A stretch of 64,000 bases of DNA from an uncultured delta proteobacterium. GTDB taxonomy: Bacteria; Desulfobacterota; Binatia; JACPRU01. Below the pieces are notes generated by a model, which did not search any database, was not told the origin of the DNA, and was given only the letters and a program-made list of their open reading frames with translations. The position numbers were made by a program, and so were the translations under genes. The first letter of the stretch is position 1. Each line of letters starts with the position of its first letter. The stretch covers positions 96,001 to 160,000 of the forward strand of contig CAVUWD010000006.1 of the NCBI GenBank assembly GCA_963745025.1, read 5' to 3'. Below are positions 1 to 9,507 of the stretch, in pieces.

Positions 1-283
1 GAAGCCAGAGACCCGCCGTCTCGCGGCTGGTCACCGCCCAGAGCAACAGCGCACAGCAGAGCGGCGCCACCTCCGCCGTGATCATCACCCGCCGCCGGTC
101 GTGAGAATCCGCGACGGCTCCACCGACGAGGCTCAACCCGAGCGCGGGCAGGAACTGCACGATTCCGATCAGCCCGAGATGAAATGCCGATTGCGAGACG
201 GCGAAGACCTGCCAGGCGATCGCCGCGCGCAGCATCGTCAGCGCCGTCGCCGCCGCGAAGCGGGCCGTCAGATAGAGGCGCAA
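1..283 (-). CDS. MFS transporter (EntS/MFS_3-like), 5' part, runs off window
   Basis: Manual translation LYLTARFAAATALTMLRAAIAWQVF...LGLIGIVQFLPALGLSLVGGAVADSHDRRRVMI contains the MFS motif-A-like GxxADxxDRR; start uncertain. Confidence 0.75.
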   Translation of the reverse strand, partial: MRLYLTARFAAATALTMLRAAIAWQVFAVSQSAFHLGLIGIVQFLPALGLSLVGGAVADSHDRRRVMITAEVAPLCCALLLWAVTSRETAGLWL

Positions 284-315
284 CGGCCCGGAAGACCCCG
301 GCGAGACCGTCGAAC

Positions 316-1125
316 TCACGCAGGCCTGCGCGCGAAGATCTGGACGAGCGCGAGCCGTCGTTCGGCGACCGCCTGGTCCCGCTCCGAGCACTGCGCCTGC
401 CAATCTTCGAATCGACGTCGTTCGACACCGCGCGGCTCGCTCAGGATCTCGGCGACGCGCTCGCCGACGATCTCGCCGATCGTCGATCGCTCCTCGCGGA
501 GCGCCTCGGCCGCGACGGCTCGCGCGTCCGTGAAACCCGCCGCGCGCAGCCCCTCGAGATAGTGCTCCGCGGTCTCGTAAGCCGCGGAGGATAGCAGCGG
601 CGAGCCCTCCGTCCGCACCCATTCCTGCAGCGCCACGTGACCACCCGGCCGCACCACGCGGAAGACCTCTGCGAAGACGGCCGCCTTGTCGGTCTCGAAA
701 TGAAGGGCCTCGGCGCTCCAGGCATGCGTGAAGGAGGCGTCTTGGACGGGTAACCGGGCGAGAGCGGCAAGCCCGACCGCGACTGCACTCTCGAGGTGGG
801 AGCGCCGCACCAAGAGCCGACTCGCCGCCGCGCGATCGAGGCTGCCGTCGAAGGAGACGACGGCACAGCCGCGTCGGCGTGCCAGCCAGCGGGCAGGGCC
901 GCCGAGACCGGAGCTCAAGTCGAGCACGCGCTCGTAGACGCGGAAGATGCCGAGCTCGGACAGGCGCTCGAGCAGCTTCGCTCCGGTCCCCTCCGGATGA
1001 TCAAGTCCGAAGAACGGGAAGTCGCGCGGAGCGGGAGTCCGCCGCGTGATTTCGTTGGTGACCGACGCGAGCGCGGCAGCGAAGCGGCGCGGTGCGGCGA
1101 GAGCGTACGGTCGAAGGCGGTCCAC
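316..1125 (-). CDS. class I SAM-dependent methyltransferase
   Basis: VLDLSSGLGGPARWLA motif I, LPVQDASF, FRVVRPGG. Confidence 0.85.
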   Translation of the reverse strand: MDRLRPYALAAPRRFAAALASVTNEITRRTPAPRDFPFFGLDHPEGTGAKLLERLSELGIFRVYERVLDLSSGLGGPARWLARRRGCAVVSFDGSLDRAAASRLLVRRSHLESAVAVGLAALARLPVQDASFTHAWSAEALHFETDKAAVFAEVFRVVRPGGHVALQEWVRTEGSPLLSSAAYETAEHYLEGLRAAGFTDARAVAAEALREERSTIGEIVGERVAEILSEPRGVERRRFEDWQAQCSERDQAVAERRLALVQIFARRPA

Positions 1126-1148
1126 GGCGGCCTTCGATTATGCGGGGT

Positions 1149-2132
1149 TCACAGGAGCTTCGCGAGGACCGCCGCAACCGCCCAGCCGATCGCGCCGCAC
1201 ACCGGGAACGTGAGGATCCATGCGGTCACCACGTCGCCCACCACTCCCCAGCGCACCGCCGACAGCCGTCGGGAGGATCCGACCCCCATGATCGCCGTAT
1301 TGATGGTGTGGGTCGTGCTGAGCGGAATGCCGAGTCGCGAGGCGAGCTCGATCGCGGTGCCCGCCGCGGTCTCGGCCGCGAAGCCGTGATACGGCTCGAG
1401 TCGGGCGATCTTCATTCCCATCGTGCGGATGATCCGCCAGCCGCCGACCGAGGTGCCGATCCCCATGGTGATCGAACAGAGAAGCACGACGCCGAAGCTC
1501 GGGTGGAACTCCGGCAGCACGCCGCCGAGCACGAGCGCGAGCGTGAACACGCCGATGAACTTCTGCCCGTCGTTGCTGCCATGACTGAAGGCCATGAACA
1601 CCGCCGAAAAGACCTGCAGCCGGCCAAAGACCGTACGGACGCGCCCCGGGCTCCAGCCCCGGCAGATCCATACGATCGACCAGATGAGGAAGACGCCGGC
1701 GAAGAAGCCGAGAAAGGTCGAGAAGAGAAGCCCGATCAGTACCTTTCGCCAACCCTCCCAGAGAAGCACCGACGGCCCGGCGGCGGCGAGCCCCGCGCCG
1801 GAGAGGCCTGCCACGAGCGCGTGGCTCGAGCTCGTCGGCAAGCCGTAGTACCAGGTGAGGACGTCCCAGACGACGATCGCCACCATCGCCGCCGCCACCG
1901 TCACCAAGCTGATCGCGTGAGCGTCGACGATTCCGTTGGCGATCGTTGCCGCAACCGCCGTTCCGGAGAAGGCGCCGACTGCGTTGAACACGGTGGCCAT
2001 GACGATGGCCACGCGTGGCGAGAGCACGCGCGTCGACACGACCGTGGCGATCGCATTGGACGCGTCGTGCCAGCCGTTGACGAATTCGGCGGCCAGCACG
2101 AGCAGCAACACGAAGAAGAGTAGCGCCGTCAC
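1149..2132 (-). CDS. pit: inorganic phosphate transporter, PiT family
   Basis: NGWHDASNAIAT and HGSNDGQK signatures, PLSTTH, hydrophobic. Confidence 0.95.
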   Translation of the reverse strand: MTALLFFVLLLVLAAEFVNGWHDASNAIATVVSTRVLSPRVAIVMATVFNAVGAFSGTAVAATIANGIVDAHAISLVTVAAAMVAIVVWDVLTWYYGLPTSSSHALVAGLSGAGLAAAGPSVLLWEGWRKVLIGLLFSTFLGFFAGVFLIWSIVWICRGWSPGRVRTVFGRLQVFSAVFMAFSHGSNDGQKFIGVFTLALVLGGVLPEFHPSFGVVLLCSITMGIGTSVGGWRIIRTMGMKIARLEPYHGFAAETAAGTAIELASRLGIPLSTTHTINTAIMGVGSSRRLSAVRWGVVGDVVTAWILTFPVCGAIGWAVAAVLAKLL

Positions 2133-2168
2133 CCCAACGTCCCGCCCGCTCCCCTCGACGTCCGCGCC

Positions 2169-2798
2169 TCAGGCGTACTCGAGCGCCACTCCCTCGAGCA
2201 CGTTGGCGACATCCTCGCACCGATCCACCGCGTCCTCGAGGTAGTCGAAGATTTCCTTCCACTTCATCACGTGAATCGCGTCACGCTCCTCGTTGAAGAG
2301 CCGCGCGACGGCCTTGCGGATCAGCTGATCACCCTCGTTCTCGTAGCGGTTGATCTCCATGCAGGTGCGGATCATGCCCTCGCGGTCTTTGAGGTTGCGA
2401 AGCTGCGTCATCGCCTTATGGACCTCCGTCACGGCGTTGATCAGCACCGAGACGAGGTTCAGCACGTCGGGATCGGGCTCGCGCAGCTGGTAGAGCCAGA
2501 CACGCTCGGCTGTGGAATCGATGAGGTCCAGAATGTCGTCGAGGCGGCTGATCAGCTCGTGGATGTCGCCGCGGTCGATCGGGGTGAGAAACGTCTTGTG
2601 CAGCATCTCGATCGCGCGGTGGGTGATCTGGTCTCCTTCGTGCTCGATCGACTTAATCCGCTCGGCATCTTTCTCCGCTTCCTTCGGGTCGCTCAGCATG
2701 TCGCGAAGCAGGCGTGCCGCCTCCAGAGTCTTGGCCGCGTGGCGCTCGAAGTAGTTGAAGAACTCGGTTCCGCCGCGCGGGAAAAGGCTGGCCAGCAT
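2169..2798 (-). CDS. DUF47 / PhoU-like Pit accessory protein
   Basis: EHEGD...TFLTPIDRGDI...ENEGD...LEDAVDRCEDVA; directly upstream of pit; AGGAG RBS. Confidence 0.93.
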   Translation of the reverse strand: MLASLFPRGGTEFFNYFERHAAKTLEAARLLRDMLSDPKEAEKDAERIKSIEHEGDQITHRAIEMLHKTFLTPIDRGDIHELISRLDDILDLIDSTAERVWLYQLREPDPDVLNLVSVLINAVTEVHKAMTQLRNLKDREGMIRTCMEINRYENEGDQLIRKAVARLFNEERDAIHVMKWKEIFDYLEDAVDRCEDVANVLEGVALEYA

Positions 2799-2897
2799 GG
2801 ACCTCTCCTGTTTCGAAAGATCATGGAAACAGACGATGGCGCTCCCATCCGGAGGGAAGCATCCGGACGGGTCTCTACCATTCCCAGGCGGACGTCG

Positions 2898-3797
2898 CTA
2901 CTGCGGCTTCGTCGCCAGCCGATCGAAGACCTCGATCAGTGCTTGCGTCCCGCCGTCTCCCCAGCCAATGGCGGCGACGGCGGAAAAGAGCTGCTGCACG
3001 AGCGCAACACCAGGTAACGGCAAGCAAAAATCCTCAGCTGTCTCGAGGATCAGCCGCAGATCCTTTCTCGCCAGGCGTACGGGGAACCCCGGCGCAAAAT
3101 CGCGCTCGACGATCTTCGGACCGAGGTTCGTGAGCTGCCAGGAGGCCCCTGCCCCCGCCCCCACCGCCTCGATGACTTTGCGCAGATCGAGGCCCGCCTC
3201 TGCGCCGAGCCGGATCGCCTCGCAGGTGGCGAGAAGGTTACCGAGCACGGCGACCTGGTTCACGAGCTTGGCCGACTGGCCGCTGCCGACGGAGCCAACG
3301 TGGGTCACACGCTTGCCGAGCGCGTCGAAGAGCGGCCGACAACGCTCGAACACGGCCGCCTCGCCACCCACCATGATCGACAGCGTGGCTGCAATTGCGC
3401 CGGATTCCCCTCCGGAAACCGGTGCGTCGAGATAGTCCACGCCTCGTTCGCGCAGACGCCGTGCGAATTCCCGCGTGGCTCGCGGCGAGATCGTGCTCAT
3501 GTCGACCACCACGGAGCCCGCGTGGATGCCCGCCGCCGCGCCGTTCGCGCCGAACACGACCTCCTCGACGTCCGCCGTGTCGGACACCATGGTGACGACG
3601 ACGTCACTCAGGCCGGCGACCTCACGAGGGCTGCCCGCGGCCTGCCCTCCCGAAGCAACGAAGGCCTCGAGGCGGGCGGCGCTCCGGTTGTAGGCGACGA
3701 CCGGAAAACTCGCGCGCAGCAGGTTCTCGGCCATCGGGCGCCCCATGATGCCGAGCCCGATCCACCCGATGCGGACAAGGGGAGCACCACGTTCCAT
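2898..3797 (-). CDS. NAD(P)-dependent oxidoreductase, 3-hydroxyisobutyrate/tartronate semialdehyde reductase family
   Basis: GWIGLGIMG, DAPVSGG, KLVNQ motifs. Confidence 0.92.
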   Translation of the reverse strand: MERGAPLVRIGWIGLGIMGRPMAENLLRASFPVVAYNRSAARLEAFVASGGQAAGSPREVAGLSDVVVTMVSDTADVEEVVFGANGAAAGIHAGSVVVDMSTISPRATREFARRLRERGVDYLDAPVSGGESGAIAATLSIMVGGEAAVFERCRPLFDALGKRVTHVGSVGSGQSAKLVNQVAVLGNLLATCEAIRLGAEAGLDLRKVIEAVGAGAGASWQLTNLGPKIVERDFAPGFPVRLARKDLRLILETAEDFCLPLPGVALVQQLFSAVAAIGWGDGGTQALIEVFDRLATKPQ

Positions 3798-3832
3798 GTG
3801 CGTGGGTTCTATCGAAGCGCGCCGTCGAACTT

Positions 3833-3929
3833 AAGAGGCTACCGGCTGCAGGGCTACAGGCTACCGGCTACGCCCAAAGACTCCGCGAATCCTTTCCTGT
3901 AGCCCGAAACCCGTAGCCCGTAGCCTCTT
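3833..3929. repeat. heptamer (GGCTACC/GGCTACA) inverted-repeat element, copy 1
   Basis: Terminal IR AAGAGGCTAC...GTAGCCTCTT, tandem 7-mers on both arms, core AAAGACTCCGCGAATCCTTT. Confidence 0.8.
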
Positions 3930-3935
3930 GGACTT

Positions 3936-5336
3936 TCAGAACTTCGTAATCGCATCGACCTGCCAACGGACGTCGGTATTGGGATTGCGGCCGGGCACGT
4001 CGTCGACCGGCTTGTCGATCCAGGCGGTCGAGAGCAGCGAGAAATTCTTCATGACCACGACACCGGTCTGCAGGATGTGAGCCTTGGTATTGGTGCCCCC
4101 GTTGCGGCCGAAGTCGCTGTTGGTGAACGCCGAGACCACCGCGTCGGTCTCCAGGTATTCGTAGGCGTAGGTGAAGAAAAAGTCTCCAGGGTCCTTGTAG
4201 TTGCCGATCGTGATGCCGCCCTGGTAGCCCATATCGTTGTTGCTGGCTTCGGTATTCTCGACGAAGTCACCGAACACGCGCAGCGGGAACCTAAGGTCAA
4301 AAAGGCATATCGGGATCAGCACGTCCGTACCGACGTTCAGGTCGTTGAACGCGGTGTTGAACTTGGTGATCGTGATCGGTTTGCCGGGAATCGTCGCGCC
4401 GGTCACGGGGTCCACCGTCGGCGCCGTCGTACCGTTCTTGTTCGGCCCCGCCTTCGACGGGTCGACCGGCAGTCCGCCGACGACCTCGCCGTCCGACAGC
4501 GTCACGAAGTTGGTGATGTTGAGCGAGCTGTTGGTGTTGCGCGCCACCGCAATCGAGCTCGGGTTGTTATAGTGGTAGTCGGCCACGCCGACGGTCCAGA
4601 GCGCATCGCCGAGAGCCGCGGTCCCGAGGCCCTGGAAGCCGTAGATCGCCGCCTCGCCGGTGTTGCTGTTCTCCTGGAAGATCCACTGCCCGAGGTTCAG
4701 CGCCAGAGTCCGCAGGAACCCTTCCTTCTCGTCGATGACCTTCAGGCTCTCGTAGAAGCCCTCCGGCGTCAGGTCGGCGTCGAAGACCAGCTGATTCGGC
4801 GTCGGCGGCACGTACATCGGCTGGTCGAACTTGCCGCCCATCAACGTCACCCAGGGGCGCTCCAGGCCGATCGACTTGTACGGCGTGAGCTTGATGTAGG
4901 CGTTGGCGATGTTGATGTTCTTGAAGGTGAACTCGTCGGTGAAGGTCTGATTGTTGGAGATCGGATCGTTGGCGTTGCCGCTCACGAGCTTGAATCCGGT
5001 CTCGAGCTCGTCGCTCGGCTTGATCTTCGCGCCGATGCGCAGCCGGAAGCGCTGGCGGATGCGGTCCGGGGTGCCGTCTTGGAAGAAGGACTCGTTGCGG
5101 AGCCGCACGTCGCCGAAGAGCGTCACCATCTTCACCCACTCGGGCAGCGCCGGGATCGATGAGACGGCTTTCTCGGTCGCCGCCTCCTGCTTCTCCCTCG
5201 CGGCCTTCGCCTCGGCGGCTTCGCTCGAATCGATGACCCCCTTTTCCTGCAAGATTTCCTCGAGCGTCCGCGCGTGCGCCACCCCGGTGGAGAGCACCGC
5301 CGCTGCCAGCCACGCACCGAGCCAACCTCGCTTCAT
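3936..5336 (-). CDS. putative outer-membrane porin (Porin_5-like), copy 1
   Basis: Signal peptide, LEEILQEKGVI, GDVRLRNE...RQRFRLRIG, C-terminal Phe; GAGGAGG RBS before ATG 5336. Confidence 0.85.
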   Translation of the reverse strand: MKRGWLGAWLAAAVLSTGVAHARTLEEILQEKGVIDSSEAAEAKAAREKQEAATEKAVSSIPALPEWVKMVTLFGDVRLRNESFFQDGTPDRIRQRFRLRIGAKIKPSDELETGFKLVSGNANDPISNNQTFTDEFTFKNINIANAYIKLTPYKSIGLERPWVTLMGGKFDQPMYVPPTPNQLVFDADLTPEGFYESLKVIDEKEGFLRTLALNLGQWIFQENSNTGEAAIYGFQGLGTAALGDALWTVGVADYHYNNPSSIAVARNTNSSLNITNFVTLSDGEVVGGLPVDPSKAGPNKNGTTAPTVDPVTGATIPGKPITITKFNTAFNDLNVGTDVLIPICLFDLRFPLRVFGDFVENTEASNNDMGYQGGITIGNYKDPGDFFFTYAYEYLETDAVVSAFTNSDFGRNGGTNTKAHILQTGVVVMKNFSLLSTAWIDKPVDDVPGRNPNTDVRWQVDAITKF

Positions 5337-5471
5337 GGTCGCCTCCTCTCTCTCCACCAGTCGCGCACTGAGCTGGCGAACACCCCGATTGACGCCGTCC
5401 CGCCGCTACACGATGCTACCGGACCGAGTGACTCGGCCGTCCGCGAACGGCCACGCTATTCCCTAGCGGAT

Positions 5472-7181
5472 ATGACGAGCCAAGCCAAGACCGTTGACGA
5501 GCCGTCGGGGTCGTCGTCGCGTTGGCGGCAGCGAATGGCCGCGAGCGGCGTGCCCGCCTGGATGCTCGTCGTGGTCGTCGTCCTTCCGCTCATGCTGTTC
5601 ACCATCGACCTCGGCACACCGTCACTCTGGGATCCCGACGAGGGGCTTCCCGCGGAGGTGGCCCGCGAGATGCTGCTCACTCGCCAGTGGCTGACTCCAC
5701 AGCTGAACTTCGTCCCGTATCCCGAGAAGCCGCCCGCCTATTTCTGGCTGCTCGCTGCGGCGATGCGCGTCTTCGGAGAGCGAAACGAGGCGGCCATCCG
5801 GCTTCCTTCGGTGATCTTGGCCCTCGGCGGCGTCTGGCTGCTCCTCGCCTGGGGATGGCGGCACGTGAGACCGATCGCCGGCACCTTCGGGGCGCTCGTG
5901 CTGTCGACGAGCGCCGGATACGTCGCGGTTGCCCGCCTCGGCATCGAGGATGGCGTGGCGGGGTTTCTTCTCTCGATCGCGCTCTTGGCGATGAGCGAGC
6001 CCCTACTGTCGCGCCGCGCGGCGTTTCCGTGGATTTTCTACGCGGCGCTCGCGGGCGCGACACTGAGCCTCGGACCTGCAGCGCTGGTCCTGCCTCTGCT
6101 GGTCGCGCTTCCGTTCGTCGCGTTGCTCCGCGAGCCGGGCCGCCTTCTCGACCTTCGTCCGCTGCGCGGGCTCGGGATCGTTGCCGCCCTGACGTTTCCG
6201 GTGCTTTTCGCTGCCGCGGCGCGAGATCCCGACTACGTGCGCGGCCTCTTCGGCGAGCACAGCTTGATCCGCTTCCTCGATCCGAACTTCGATGAGGAGC
6301 ACTCCTACTCGCTCGGCTTTTTCACGGCGATCACCCCGGTGCTGATGCTGCCGTGGGGAATCTTTCTTCCCTGGACGCTTCGCGATTCGCTGCGTACCGG
6401 AGGCGAGCGATCGCCCGAGGCACGGCTGTTCCTCCTCGTCTGGCTGACCGCCGACGTGGCGTTCTTCTGGCTCACCGCCGCAAACTTCGTGGCCTACGTC
6501 GTGCTCACGCTCGCTCCGCTGGCGCTGCTCACCGGCCGCTCCTTGTCGCGGTTTCTACGCCGCCCGCGCGCCCAGAGCTGGTACCTAGATCCCATGCTTC
6601 TTGCTCCCGGGATCCTGTTCCTGGTGGTCCTGGCGTCCCCCTTCTTCACCAGGCACTGGCTGCAGAACGAGTATCCGATGTACGCGGACAACATCCTCTT
6701 CGGCTTCCTGCTGGTGCCGTTCGCAGCGGCCGGCATCGGCGCGGTCGTGCGAAGGAACCGCTTCGGCGCGCTCGCCGCGGTGAGCGCCTGTGGTGTGGTC
6801 ACGCTCGCGAGCCTCTATCACTTCGGAGCCGAGACGGTGACGGCGTACAACAGCATGGAGCTGCCGGCGAACTTGATCGCCGTTCGGCTGCCCTCTAACG
6901 CGGTGCTGCTCAGCTACGGCACCGCGGGCCATACCCTCGCGTTCTACTCGGGGCGACCGATCCGCCAGCTCTTGAACGTGCACGAGGCCCGCCCCCTGCT
7001 GAACGCCGACGCGCCGATCGCGTTGCTCACCAAGGAGCGCTTCTTCCCCGAGGTGCGTGCCGAGCTCGACCGCGTGCTCTACGTCTGGTGGGAAGGCGAT
7101 TCGAAGAAGGTGCTGCTCGCCAACATTCCGCCGCCGCCCGGCTCGGACCGTCGCATCCTCTTGCCCGCGCCGCCGACGTAA
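5472..7181 (+). CDS. ArnT/PMT-like (GT-C) membrane glycosyltransferase
   Basis: WDPDEG..AEVAREM, YPEKPPAYFWL, AIRLPS, multiple TM helices. Confidence 0.85.
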   Translation: MTSQAKTVDEPSGSSSRWRQRMAASGVPAWMLVVVVVLPLMLFTIDLGTPSLWDPDEGLPAEVAREMLLTRQWLTPQLNFVPYPEKPPAYFWLLAAAMRVFGERNEAAIRLPSVILALGGVWLLLAWGWRHVRPIAGTFGALVLSTSAGYVAVARLGIEDGVAGFLLSIALLAMSEPLLSRRAAFPWIFYAALAGATLSLGPAALVLPLLVALPFVALLREPGRLLDLRPLRGLGIVAALTFPVLFAAAARDPDYVRGLFGEHSLIRFLDPNFDEEHSYSLGFFTAITPVLMLPWGIFLPWTLRDSLRTGGERSPEARLFLLVWLTADVAFFWLTAANFVAYVVLTLAPLALLTGRSLSRFLRRPRAQSWYLDPMLLAPGILFLVVLASPFFTRHWLQNEYPMYADNILFGFLLVPFAAAGIGAVVRRNRFGALAAVSACGVVTLASLYHFGAETVTAYNSMELPANLIAVRLPSNAVLLSYGTAGHTLAFYSGRPIRQLLNVHEARPLLNADAPIALLTKERFFPEVRAELDRVLYVWWEGDSKKVLLANIPPPPGSDRRILLPAPPT

Positions 7182-7238
7182 CCAGAACTTCATGCCTACG
7201 CGGTGCGCCTGAAACACGGGTTCGGCTACAGCGGCGGC

Positions 7239-7457
7239 ATGAGTCACGAGGTGCGGTGCCCCTTCTGCTCGGCGCGATTCGATCTCTTCGAGGCGGCCTG
7301 GTGCGAGCATGCCGACGAGGAGTCGTCGAAGGTCTGCCCACAGTGCCAGAGCTGCCTGTGCCGTCTACCCGACTACAAGGAGCCTCGCCTCTGGAAGCAG
7401 GCGCCGCTCGCTTTTCGCAGACGGGGCTTCCGTCGAATCTTCGTGCGCTACCTGTAG
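7239..7457 (+). CDS. small Cys-rich putative zinc-binding protein (72 aa)
   Basis: CPFC...WCEH...CPQCQSCLC, GC3-rich codons. Confidence 0.7.
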   Translation: MSHEVRCPFCSARFDLFEAAWCEHADEESSKVCPQCQSCLCRLPDYKEPRLWKQAPLAFRRRGFRRIFVRYL

Positions 7458-7491
7458 AGAACGTTGGTCTCGAAGCTCGCCCCGGTCCTCG

Positions 7492-7687
7492 TCACGCACG
7501 CGGTGAGTGCGTGAAGCGCTGGAGTTTCCGGTCGGCCCGCACGCTGTTTGCGGGGTGACCGGAAACTCCAGCCACCGCGCGGGAGCGCGGAGGCAATAGA
7601 CCACCTCGTGGGCTATTGCCTTGCGCGCTGCGCGCGGGAGCGGTCGGTCGTGATCGCCCCGAGTACGGAGCGATCACGACCGACCGC
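7492..7687. repeat. four consecutive hairpins in convergent intergenic region
   Basis: Stems 7492-7499/7507-7514, 7518-7533/7557-7572, 7591-7599/7613-7621, 7640-7657/7670-7687. Confidence 0.8.
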
Positions 7688-7718
7688 GTTCTTCGTCGCC
7701 CCGGCCGCTCGCCTCAAG

Positions 7719-9500
7719 CTACGCAGCCGGAAACGTGACCCGGACGGTCGTGCCACGCCCGACCGTGCTCTCGATTGCCAGCGACCCGCCATGGGCCTGG
7801 ACGATGTGCTTGACGATCGCCAGGCCGAGGCCGGTACCGCCGAGCTCGCGCGAGCGCGCGCGGTCGACCCGGTAGAACCGCTCGGTCAACCGCGGGATAT
7901 CCTTCTCGGGAATGCCGACGCCATCGTCGCAGACCGCGAGCTCCACGAACGAGCGGCCGTTCTCGACGATGGGACGTGCCATGATGCGCACGCGACTGCC
8001 AGCGCCGCTGTACTTGATGGCGTTGTCGATCAGGTTGATCAGTACCTGTTCCAGGCGATCGCGGTCGGCGGCGAGCGCCGGCACGTCGTCGGAAATCTCC
8101 GCAAGGAGCGCAACGCCCCGCTCCTCGGCTTTCTGTCGCAGCATCTCGATCGGCGCCGCCACCGCTTCGGACACCGCCAGCGGACGGGGGCGGATCTCGG
8201 TCCGGCCGAGCTCGAGATCCGAGAGCACCAAGAGATCGTCGATCAGTCGCGCCAACCGCTCCGAATGCCGCTGGATGACGCCGACGAACTCCGACGCCCG
8301 CTCGGGATCGTTGAGCGCCCCGTGTTGCAGCGTCTCGGCGTAGCCGCGGATCGCCGTCAGCGGCGTGCGCAGCTCGTGGGAAACGTTGGCCACGAAGTCG
8401 GCACGCATGGCCTCGAAATGGCGCATCCGCGTGAGGTCGTGGAGCACCAGGATCGCGCCGTGAACCACCCCATTCTCCCCATCCTCGTCGCCCACGATGC
8501 CGACCGCGCTGGCCGACAGCACGCGGTTTCGCTCTCGTCCGGGAAACGTCAGCTCGCGCTGCACAGCCGCGCCCGACGAGCGCAGCGCCTCCTCCACGAG
8601 GGGAATCAGCTCGGGGTTTCGACTGACGAGAGACAGCTTCGCCCCGACGAGCGCACCACCCGCGGCGAGCTCCAGCTGCTCGACCGCGGCGCGGTTGCAG
8701 ACCACGATCCGGCCCTCGTCGTCGAGCATGACCACGCCGTCGACCATGCTCCGCAAGATCGCGTCGAGCTTCGCGCGCTCCGCTTCGGTGCCGGCGAGCT
8801 GCTCGCGCATTTCGCGCGCGAGCGAGACGAGGTGCCGCTCCAGGGCACCGAGCTCGTCCTGCTCCGGCGGGCTCTGCGCGTCGCCCGCACCGGATAGGAT
8901 CTCTCGGGAGAGCGTCTCGATCCGGCGGATGCGGCCGGTGACCCGCCGCGAGAACCATGTCGCCGCCATTCCTCCGAAGAGGATCACGGTGAAGAGGCCG
9001 TAGGCGAGCGTGCGCCGTACCAGGCTCTTCGTCTCCTCGAGCTCGCGCAGCGGCAGCGCGAGCCGCACGAAGCGACGCTCGGAGCCGCGGCGGTCGGCGA
9101 GCGCCACGTAGAGCATGTCGAAGCCGAGCGTGTGACTGAACCGGGTGGCGACACCCGTTCCCCGCTCGCGTGCGTCGATCACTTCCGGTCGGCCGGCATG
9201 GTTCTCGAGCGATTCGGACGATTCCTCCGACTCGCCGATGACCTGCCCGTCCTCGGCGATGACGGTCAAGCGTCCACCGAGCTCCCGCGCGTGACGCGCG
9301 CAGAGCCGGTCGAGCGCGGCTCCGTGGACATCCCACGGCAGCCCGTCGGCCGCCAGCCGTACCTCTCGCTCGAGGCGGCCGGTCAGTGATTGAACGTAGA
9401 GCCGTTGGAAGGCGCGCGACCAGTAGAGCGAGGCGACCAGGACGACCGCCAGCACGACCGCGAACACCGGCGCGAGGAGCTGGATCGAGAGCCGGCGCAC
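7719..9500 (-). CDS. phoR: phosphate regulon sensor histidine kinase
   Basis: ENHAGRPEV periplasmic motif, HAMP, PAS, FVANVSHELRTPL, ERFYRVDRARSRELGGTGLGLAIVKH. Confidence 0.95.
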   Translation of the reverse strand: MRRLSIQLLAPVFAVVLAVVLVASLYWSRAFQRLYVQSLTGRLEREVRLAADGLPWDVHGAALDRLCARHARELGGRLTVIAEDGQVIGESEESSESLENHAGRPEVIDARERGTGVATRFSHTLGFDMLYVALADRRGSERRFVRLALPLRELEETKSLVRRTLAYGLFTVILFGGMAATWFSRRVTGRIRRIETLSREILSGAGDAQSPPEQDELGALERHLVSLAREMREQLAGTEAERAKLDAILRSMVDGVVMLDDEGRIVVCNRAAVEQLELAAGGALVGAKLSLVSRNPELIPLVEEALRSSGAAVQRELTFPGRERNRVLSASAVGIVGDEDGENGVVHGAILVLHDLTRMRHFEAMRADFVANVSHELRTPLTAIRGYAETLQHGALNDPERASEFVGVIQRHSERLARLIDDLLVLSDLELGRTEIRPRPLAVSEAVAAPIEMLRQKAEERGVALLAEISDDVPALAADRDRLEQVLINLIDNAIKYSGAGSRVRIMARPIVENGRSFVELAVCDDGVGIPEKDIPRLTERFYRVDRARSRELGGTGLGLAIVKHIVQAHGGSLAIESTVGRGTTVRVTFPAA

Positions 9501-9507
9501 GGGATGG

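Noticed and set aside
3833-3929. CRISPR array
   Set aside because: Repeats are 7-mers in inverted arms with no unique spacers, and there are no cas genes in the window
5337-5471. Pho box upstream of porin 1 / arnT-like gene
   Set aside because: GCTAC repeats are 10 bp apart and no 11-bp-phased TCAC/TAAC array is visible
7548-8897. Long antisense or alternate-frame ORFs (e.g. 7548-8897, 34739-35785 part, 36556-37944, 50474-51985)
   Set aside because: Shadows of real genes in high-GC DNA; Arg/Pro-rich with no family motifs
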